Of a DNA stretch of 64,000 nt, positions 53,171 to 64,000 are shown piece after piece; position 1 is the first letter of the stretch; every line of letters begins with the position of its first letter. The stretch lies in assembly GCF_009914755.1 (NCBI RefSeq), contig NC_060941.1. The stretch is one strand, 5' to 3'. The notes under the pieces were generated by a model. The model saw only the letters and a program-made list of their open reading frames with translations. It was not told the origin of the DNA and ran no database searches. The DNA is from the human T2T-CHM13v2.0 reference genome, Homo sapiens. A program made the position numbers and the translations under genes.

Positions 53171-53210
53171 TTATTATTTTCTGCATCTCCCAATAGTTAA
53201 TATTTGTACT

Positions 53211-53650
53211 TTGTATTAATTGTCTATTGCTGCATAGCAAATTACCCCCTGAACTTAGAGGCTTAAAACAACAAATATTTGTAACCTCGCAGTTTCCGCT
53301 GGTCAAGAATCTGAGGCTGTGTGTCTGGCTCAGGGGCTCTCAGGAGACAGTCATCAAGCTACTGGCTTAGAAGCACCTCAAAACTCTGCTGTGGCTGGAG
53401 GGAACCATTTCCAGGCTCACTCATGTGACTGTCGGCAGGCCTCAGAAGACCCACTGCAAGCCCACTCACTGGGTGCTGGCAGGCTTGCGATCCATGGCAC
53501 GACTTCCGTAGGCTGCCTAAGTAACCTCGTGACATGGCGGCTGGTGAATGGAGAGCAAGAGACCACACCAAGTCTGTTTGTATAATAACTTAATCTTGGA
53601 AGTGACATCTCATCATTTCTGCCATATTGTATTTGTTTGAAGTCACTCAG
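53211..53650 (-). mobile_element. MLT1F-like LTR
   Basis: tctattgctgcatagcaaattacccc..ggcttaaaacaacaaa; atcttggaagtgacatctcatcatttctgccatatt. Confidence 0.75.
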
Positions 53651-53652
53651 TT

Positions 53653-55212
<1,560 letters not shown>

Positions 55213-55669
55213 TTATTCACTTATATAAATAAACTCATATATATATGTATTGAGTAGCAAAGTAGTGGTAAAAATATTTCTTGCTATGGGGTCATGGTGA
55301 AAGTTTGAAAGCACTTATTTAGTATATACTCAGGTGGGAGTGATTACCTACCCTGTATCTATGAAGAAACTGTGTTAACATCTACATCTAGTTAGAGATA
55401 CAAGATGATAAAGAATAGCAATTCTATGATTTGGGCAGTTTTATTCCATTCTAAGAGGTTTCAAAGGGAAACTTGGACAATAAGATTTCCTTCCTATACA
55501 CCCAACTCCCTCACTGGAATCCTTAGAAGGAACAAAATCAGGTGGCTTATGGGCTGGGAAGGCTTATTATGACAGAAGCTAGTTGATCTTCCAGCTGACT
55601 ACAGTCACAGCTCTGAGGGCAAGCTTCACAGTATAAGGGCCCACACCACCTGACATTATATAAGATCAT

Positions 55670-55825
55670 CATTTGTTTATTGTCAGGGTTTCTCCACTAG
55701 AAAGCAGGGTCTGTGAGAGTAGAGCCTGTCTTTCTCATTGCTGAATCCCCAGTGGCCAGATCAATGTCCAGCACGTATTAGGCATCTAATAAACATTTGT
55801 GGAATAAATGAATGACTGAATGAAG
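55670..55825 (+). mobile_element. L2 3' end
   Basis: ttgctgaatccccagtggccag..tattaggcatctaataaacatttgtggaataaatgaatga. Confidence 0.8.
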
Positions 55826-56254
55826 GGGGTAGAGGTAGGGAAAGATGCCTCATCCCAAGTACCATATTTTATAATTATTGCTTTTCACTGACTGTACTTT
55901 GTAAGCTGTTTCCATCTGTGTTGATTTTTCTTCAAATTGGTTCAGAACCCAATCCTGATCCTTTTTCCAAACACTGTTCTCAAGGATACTTTCAGATTAT
56001 TGCTCGGCTGAACAAACTAGTGTTACTGAAACCAAACAGCGCTGCAAAGAGAGAACTAATCACTCTGCCTTTGGTTAACAGCCTTGAAAACATGTTATTC
56101 ATGAAGAGATCAGGCAGGGTTTGAGGTAGGTCAGCCTATTACCATCACTAGAAACAACAAATAACAGCAGAAGAGGACTGCAGGATTGTTCATTTTTCTC
56201 AAAAAGGGCAATTTGTTAGCCAGGGGGACCTCAAAATGTTGTCACCTGAGGGTA

Positions 56255-56313
56255 AGGAAGAAATGAAGAAAGACACACAGGGGATATGGCTGCTTTTTTT
56301 TTTTTTTTTTACT
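56255..56313 (-). terminator. Candidate cleavage/polyadenylation site
   Basis: Minus strand: variant hexamer AGTAAA (56313-56308) running into genomic A17, CA at ~56287, GU/U-rich downstream element tgtgtgtctttcttcatttcttcc; several upstream UGUA. Confidence 0.5.
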
Positions 56314-57382
56314 TTGAACATTAGCATTAAGTTGGTTACCGTACACATCCAAAGGCCCAGCATCTCAGAAAAATCATTAGGCGGCACACCTGTACCAGAG
56401 TCTCACAAGAATAAAATATACAATGCTACATTGAGTGGTTAAAAATACACAAAAAAGTAGTTTTAACAATCTATAAATTTTTTATACTTAAAATCATGAT
56501 TGAGTTGAAATAAAAAAGTGCATTTCAATTGCTAAAAAAATAATATCGGTATAGTTAACACAAGGGGGAAATCAGTACATTGAGGGATCTGACAGGATGC
56601 TGGAAAAAATGACTCAGGGAAGCCGGGCAGCATGGGCTCCTTTGGAGATTCAGGAGCGGAGCTCAGTTCCACCTCACTGCAGTTCCCTGGGGCCAAGCAG
56701 CCCTCCTCTCCCCAGTATCTTTCCCATCTTAAGAGATCCTGTCCTACCTACCTGTCACCTCCCCAACCCAAAGACTCCTCTAAACTTCTTTGCAGCATGA
56801 CAGCTGCCTGCCCTACACTGAGTCTACTTGACCTTCAATTGCGTCTCCGCAGAGAGGTAGGAGAGGGACACTGCCCCATTCTGGACTTGACATAAGTACC
56901 CCAGCCACATGGCCTTCATCCTTATGACCTAGCAGGCAGAACAGGGACCAAGCAGCTTCTATTTTGTCAAACTCCTTTGGACAAATATTCAACATTCAAC
57001 AACAAGCTTTGTAAACCTAACGCTAAACAAGTCATGGCAAGCAAACTGGATTTTCTTAAGAAATGAGGAAAAGTGCAAGTGATCTCAGTACTGTTGGGGA
57101 AAACAAAAATAAAAACAAACAAGTTGCACCTGGCCACTTGCTGCCTAAACCAATCACAGCTTCAGTTTTGTTTTTTGTCAAGTGTTGGAGTTACAAGTAG
57201 ACACCTCTCTGTGCCTGGTATTGCTCAGGTTCAGACTTGGCTGGGGGTGAGGTGGCCAGGCAGAAATCAGTTAAGAAGGCCATTCCAGGTGTAAATGCCT
57301 CCCGGCTCTACAGGGGGTAATATTTACTGTCGTCTTTTCCCTTCCCAGGTTGATTACTGACCTGTTTGTTGTGAAGATGCTG
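56287..57382 (-). other. Probable terminal exon / 3'UTR of an unidentified minus-strand gene
   Basis: Repeat-free, U-rich on the minus strand, UGUA motifs, retained CpGs; bounded by acceptor tctgtttgtgcttattgCAG|CAG and the poly(A) candidate. Confidence 0.55.
57354..57382 (-). CDS. Possible final coding segment (phase 1: xASSQQTGQ*); frame not determinable and it may be non-coding
   Basis: CA GCA TCT TCA CAA CAA ACA GGT CAG TAA after the putative acceptor. Confidence 0.25.
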
Positions 57383-60300
57383 CTGCAATAAGCACAAACA
57401 GAACTCATGGCCAGAGAGCTGATGACCACGGATAGGAGCCCTTAGACAAGTAACTGACAGAGAGGGAGCACACACAGTTTCTAACCTGGAGTGCCCGTTG
57501 CACTGGTCAGGAGGAAGTGCCTGACCTAGAGGACTTGTTCCCTGATGTAACAGATATCTCTTTGGAGCAGAGAAGGTGAGAAGCATTTCCTTACTCATAC
57601 TCCAGAGTTCCCCCAGTGCTCTTGTTCCTCCTATAGATGTGATGGTGGTGGCCTGCGGAGGAGATAGGAGTGGAGAAGCCTGCCTGCTCTGCCTTTAGCA
57701 CACAAAGGCGCCCCTATGGGAAGGTCCTGGCTTTCAATCTGGGGATCATCAATATGTAAAAAGTCTAATTAATTAAGATGCCTGACCCACAAGGACTCCA
57801 CACCCACACATCAATCATTGCTTGGCATCATGAGGGATGAACGACGACTGGACTTTGTAATAAGGGAAAATTTCTTAAATAATCAAAATACATGAATAAG
57901 CTTTGAGCTAAGAGGCTATTCCAGAAGAGATTTAAAAGTGGGATCTTTCTTTAGAAGGTTGAGAATAAAGCTAACGTACTTTATTGCTCCCTTGTGGACA
58001 AAGCCAGAACTGCTGATGGAAAACAGTCACACAGCCCATGTCAAGAAATGAATAAAATGCATATTCAAATTTATGGAAGATTGAGAAGAAATCATCCCAT
58101 TTTCAGAGGCTACATATATGCCCTTGGGGAGACAACTTAAGAAGTAAACACCAAAATTATGTCACACTGTTTCTTTTTAAACTAATGAATTGAATTAATA
58201 GAGCATGAAAAGATATTTCTAGGAGGGTTAGGAGCTCTAGCAGAATAAAATACTTCCCACCAACTTTCAAATGCAATGAAACAGTCTTGAGTCCTGTACA
58301 GGATGTCTATCATGCTCATCAGACGGTCCCTTTTCACCCATAAAAGACAGGTAGGGAGGAAGCTGTGTTCATTCAGAGGAGCTGGATATTCCAGAAACAA
58401 CTTGACTCTTTGGCACATCCAGTACAGACACAGGCTCTTTAGTTGATCAGAACTAGCCAAGGCAAGTATCAGATTTCCTTCTGAAGTTAAGCAAAATTCA
58501 GCTTCTACCTCCTTTCTTGCCCCATCCTCACTTCCTATGAAATCATTTTCAAGTAATATGTAACATCCCTGATCTCACCAGAGAAGCTGACGTAGTGTGA
58601 AAGTAACCTGCGACTGGAAAGCTATGGGAACACTTCTCAGGGGCAGGAACTCCCTTGAATGTGTGTGTCAGAAGTTTCCTACTGAAGACATACAAGACAG
58701 CAGGCTGTCTCAAGGATGTGGTTCCTCCAAGTGACAAGCAAGTACAGCTCTCCGTTGTTTTATGGCCTGGGACCCTGAAGAGAAAAGCCACAAATTTTAA
58801 AGTAGATACTAAGTTACTAGTTACTATCCAAGAGGCAAACTTCTAGATCAATAATGAGGAAGAAACATCATGGCAAATCAAGTGAAAGGTAATTAACACA
58901 ACAAGAAACCCGTTACTGATTTCTGTAACATAAAAATCTACCTTTTTCATTTTGTAAACTCACCTTCCCATCCCAAATAGCAGTGAAGCCTTCAAAAATC
59001 TTGAATTTATTCATCATCAAACATAACCAATTCTCACAATTTTGCACTATCTCACCAATAATATCTTTCCTGTTGCCAGACAGGAAAGATGGAGAATGTA
59101 TTAACAGCTGCCTTCTTAGATACCCACCTTGTGTGGTTATTAGTCTTAAAAACCTGAGTACTATTAACTTTAAGGAAAAGGACATGAGATTTTAAGTCAG
59201 AAAGGAAAAATGCTGACTAAGGCCCAAATGCTCAACTCCAAGCTTTCATTCACCTAAAAAAATGCAATCAAATCTCCTCATTTGAAAGAGTTCTTTTTTT
59301 TTTTCCTTTTTCTCCAGTTTTGGAGGAGAACTGGAAGGGAGTAAAAAGACCTGTCCACAGCACAAACTTCCACTCTGGCTGTGAAGGACTAGCCAATTGC
59401 TAAATGTTTCATCACGGAGGTGCTCGATCATATTATATAAAACACTGCAACCTCCTTTTCATTACATCCTTCATATATTATGGATCCATCATACATTTTA
59501 AACAAATTAGATGAAAACAGCTAGAAAAAGTAAACAGAAGTTTTTGAGGGACAGGGCCATGAGAGAGCAGAAACCCAGGGAGCAATTTTAAATTAATTTG
59601 ACTAAAATAAAGAGTATAGTCTTGCAAAATGTGTACGGAAGGGAGTGGGCACATGGGAACAGGGCAGAGCAACAGCAGCACTCAGGATCCTTTCATCAGA
59701 AAGGGGAGGCATTCAGGAAGACTTCAGTTGAGAAAAAGGTGTTCAAAAGACATTCAATGACCTTTAATTTTAAAGGAACGTCAAATTTCTGGTGAAAGTA
59801 AAAAAAGTGAAGAGTCAAATAAGGATAAAATCTTTCAACAGAGAGACGAAATATGTGAAGAAATAAGATATAAATAAAAGTTAAAAATATAACCTAAAAA
59901 TGACATGGAGGAACAAAACAGAAATACGGTCAAAATTCTTGTCCAAGGTTTTAGCTAGTTTGTAGAGTTAAGCCCATTGGAATATGGGTGAATTCCAATA
60001 TTCATGGATAATGAAATAGTCAGAGGTAGGATTTAGATCAGGAAAAGAATGTTCCAGGATGCTGGCATTTTGAAGGCACTCAAAAACAGAGTGAGAGAGA
60101 CTGAAGCTGCAGTGACATCAGAGGATTAGAGAGAGGTGCATACTCATGTGTCTGTCATAAAGAAATAAAACAACTCCAGGAACCTGTGACCATACATATA
60201 TTATTGAGTAATACATAGAGTAACAAAGCAGAAAGAAAGCCACCTTGTAAGTAGTTTCTTACTACAATACAGATTCTATCTAGTGAACAAGAAACAGTTT

Positions 60301-60609
60301 GTTTTCCAAATATGTATGTCTGCAAAGTATTCTGACTTAAGTAAAGAATTTGATAAATGGTATGTGATCTGGTTCTTTAAACAAATTTACTGAAGCAAAA
60401 GCTTCAAAGCTGGAACAACCAAGGAGTTTGATTTTCCTTTGAATCTTGCAAAACCTATCCTCTGAGACAAAAAGATCTGATCATAAAGTCTATAAAAAAG
60501 TCTAGAAAGTATAAAAGTATAGAACTATGAAAGTGGATATATTGATGGCAACTTTTATGGCTTCCATAGAAAGTGTAGAGAGGATCTCTGGTTTGCTTTA
60601 TCGAGGTAG

Positions 60610-60732
60610 TGTCCAGGGTTGGAAGGTCATCATTCTTTATTGTAAGTGCTACAGATGACAAAAGCAGGTTAGCTAGGGTGTTGTTATTGCATAATAATGC
60701 CACTATTTCTAATGGCTTATGACCTTTCATTC
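60610..60732 (-). other. Candidate alternative (terminal) exon
   Basis: Minus strand T30-AG|GAATGAAAGGTCATAA..., with AATAAA at 60641-60636. Confidence 0.35.
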
Positions 60733-60768
<36 letters not shown>

Positions 60769-62187
60769 TAAGTAATTTCCTATCTTGGTTCAGGCAAAGG
60801 AAAATTAAAACCCAAACTTTACTTGCTCAATTTTATAGTCCGAAGAATTCCAAATGAGTTGATTTTTTTAAAACAGTAATTAGCTGATACAATTCTTAAA
60901 TGTAATGTATCCCTTTTTTCATTAAGTACTTCTCATACAGTCTAGAACAGCATTGAAATATTTATCATGTGGACCAGCAATGCAATAAAAGTTGTCTTTT
61001 CTATACAGTAGCTCAAACAGAAAGGTTTCTCTAACTTTAGTTTTTTAGTTTTTTTTTAAAACATTAAAACCGACCTATCATTCTGTGTTTTACTAACTGA
61101 AACCTGCAAGATGGGGTAAATATACATATATCTGCAATGGATTTCTATCTCTGCTTCATCTTCTCAAAATTTAAAACTTCCAGTGAAATAATAATGGAAC
61201 TAAACATACATATCTATTCAACAATCATAAAAACTGAAAAAAATTTCAAGAATTAAAAAATTCATAGTTTATAAGCATCTCATCAGAGCATTTTGCTTTC
61301 GGTTAGTATATGAGGGACAATCAAATTATAGGGACAGTTCTAACCACTAGAAAAGGATACTTCGAACAAATGTGGTTTTAAAAAAATGATGTAATTATGG
61401 TAATGGCCATGCTTAGTCATTAATCTAGAACAGTTAATGTAAATGGTAGACTATGAAAGTACAGGTAACTGATTTGCACAGTCTTCTTTGAACTAAAGTT
61501 TTTTTTGTGGCGATCTCCCCTCTTGCTAAAAATAAGAATCCAGTCACAAATATATGTGGAAATGAAGCCACATGCCTTTAAATTGTTGTCTTTTCTTCAT
61601 TCAAATTTAAAAATCTAACTCCGAATGAGCCTATCTGACTCAATTTGAGAAAGCAGCAGCCTTTATTAAGGCTAAGGAAGAGTTTATATTTTACTGATAA
61701 ATCTATGAGAGAAAATAGAAAAATAAAAACGAAACAAATACAAACCAACCCACACACACAAAAAATACAATGCCAACTCATCCTCAAATAAGTCTTAACC
61801 CTAGCAATGATACAAGCCTTTGAAGACAGTAAAACTAAGTAACGAGAGACAGCCTCAATTTGTTATCTATATAATGCTTAAATGCAGCCTTTGTTGTCTT
61901 TAACAGACATGTACAGATAAGGGCTGAGAACTCAAACTTCTCCATAATTCTTTTTTTCATAAACAGATAACAAGTAGGTAAAAAGTTTTGAAGAATTCAT
62001 GGGGTGCTGTAGCATATATGGAAGAGAACATACCACATAATGCAACTTTTATCTTACAAAGAGGACCCCAACCAAATTTTCAACCCTGAGTTTGAGTCTT
62101 AAGCATGTTAAACGTGTTGCACATATATGTTTAAGGCTTAATCCTGCAGTTCTTCTATTCAGAAGCATTAATGTTGTGAATATTCTT

Positions 62188-62283
62188 TTTTTTTTTTTTT
62201 TTGAGATGGAGTCTCGCTCTGTTGCCCAGGCTGGAGCGCAGTGGCGCAATCTCGGCTCACTGCAAGCTCCGCCTCCTGGGTTC
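62188..62283 (-). mobile_element. 5'-truncated AluY (3' ~80 nt plus tail)
   Basis: gcaagctccgcc; perfect 18-bp TSD aatgttgtgaatattctt (62170-62187, 62284-62301). Confidence 0.95.
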
Positions 62284-62738
62284 AATGTTGTGAATATTCT
62301 TAATGCATTTCATTATTTATATACAATATGATACTGATGAGGAGTCATTATATTCTGAGTAGTTTTCCTGAAGACCACAAGTCTCAAGTCAAGGAAAGTA
62401 TCCTTAATCTAGGGGAAAAAAAGGAAGTTTCTAAATTGTTCCACAATACACTTCACTAAGAATTGTACTGTATGACAATGCTAATTTTTAAAAATAATAT
62501 ATATATATATTTTTGTTTCTGTTAAGGATGGTGGTATTTGCTTAATACTGGTTTTCCTGTATAGCAGATATTTTCTTATGGCTATATTTACTTGAATGAA
62601 AAATCAAAGATGACTACCTGAATATTCCAGTGTATAATTACAGTACAACCTCATGAAATGGTTGATTCTGTGGTCTCAAGTCTAGAATCCAGAATTGCTG
62701 CCCAATACTGTAAATTTATTCAGAACAAAATAAGGCAG

Positions 62739-63102
<364 letters not shown>

Positions 63103-63663
63103 TTAATACTACAGGCTTGACCATGAAATAATGATATGTCTATATAAAAGTGTAGGTTGACAAACTTGTCATGGAATGCCAAGGAGACTGTGGAGGGAGA
63201 GGGAGACAACCACTAAAGATATAACAGTCATATGCAAGGAATTAACTTTCCTTATTGGCTTGGGTACCTGGGTGCTCAAAGAATGTGTACAAATATTAAA
63301 AATACCATTCTTTAAAACTTACATCCAAAACCAGGAAGTATGTCTTGATATACTTTTCTGCCTCATTCCAAAATTTTCCTATGCTCATTATATAAGACAG
63401 GCAAAATCAGAAGGAGAAAATTTAGAAACACTAAACCAAAAAGCCAATAGAGAACGTGATGTTTGAAAAATATGGACTTAATCTCAATTGAAAGAGTTCA
63501 TTTTTTCTTACCACAGAGCTCATTAGTTAGAAAAGTGCTCGAAGCATATCTGCACATTTAATATTAAAAATAAAAAAATAAATAAAAGCCAGCGTTCTGA
63601 TTCAGGCAAAGATTTTAAGAAACCGAAGAAAGAAAAATGAAGAAATTTCAAGATTAAAAAATG

Positions 63664-63830
63664 GACTGGGCATGGTAGCATGCACCTGTAGTCCCAGCTA
63701 CTTGGTTAGCTGAGGCAGGGTTGCTTGAACCCAAGAGTTGGAGGCTGTAGTGTGCTATAACTGCACCTGTGAATAGCCACTGCACTCTAGCCTGGGCAAC
63801 ATAGCAAGACCTTGTCTCTTAAAAAAAAAA
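63664..63830 (+). mobile_element. Alu right monomer (FRAM/AluJ)
   Basis: gcacctgtagtcccagctac..gaggctgtagtgtgctat..gaatagccactgcactctagcctgggcaacatagcaagacc. Confidence 0.88.
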
Positions 63831-64000
63831 TTGGAGAGGGGGTGGGAGGTAAGTGATTTAGCCTGGGAACTCAGTTCTCTCAGATAAAGAAATACAAAAT
63901 TTTAAGCTATACTGAGTCTGGATAAATATGATCTGTTAAGTGTAATCAATACACTAGCCCTTCTGTTCAGCCTTTCCTATAATAAGCTCCTGGTTGATTA

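Noticed and set aside
58575-58625. Possible 29-nt micro-exon on the minus strand (cgcag|GTTACT...CTCTG|gtgaga)
   Set aside because: Weak pyrimidine tract; such site pairs arise by chance and there is no independent support
62325-62360. C/D snoRNA-like boxes (tgatga ... ctga)
   Set aside because: Boxes only ~15 nt apart, no terminal stem, and antisense to the putative host gene

Overview
Primate (human-like) genomic DNA with no supportable full protein-coding ORF; nearly every entry in the ORF track is an Alu, LTR or microsatellite read-through. Bases 1 to ~55,200 are an extremely Alu-dense intergenic-looking stretch (roughly 90 Alu copies or fragments by eye). It also holds MIR/L2 relics, two solo LTR8-family LTRs, a MER41A LTR, several MaLR/MLT LTRs and a heavily interrupted ~14 kb ERVL-class (HERV16/ERV3-16A3-like) provirus remnant with its LTR16-type 5' LTR. 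An orphan CpG island (~27.3-27.8 kb) lies next to a Z-DNA-forming repeat and the MER41A. From ~55.2 kb the sequence becomes AT-rich and Alu-poor and looks like the 3' end of a minus-strand gene I cannot name: a ~1.1 kb terminal exon/3'UTR, a possible alternative terminal exon and intron. I found no convincing new multi-gene biological system. The most follow-up-worthy items are a 3x25 bp tandem array of perfect octamer (ATTTGCAT) sites, the orphan CGI/Z-DNA/MER41 module, two very closely spaced inverted Alu pairs with signs of local gene conversion, a non-Alu poly(A)-tailed insert, and the candidate alternative terminal exons. Repeat subfamily calls come from recalled consensus motifs, not from a RepeatMasker run, and boundaries are approximate.
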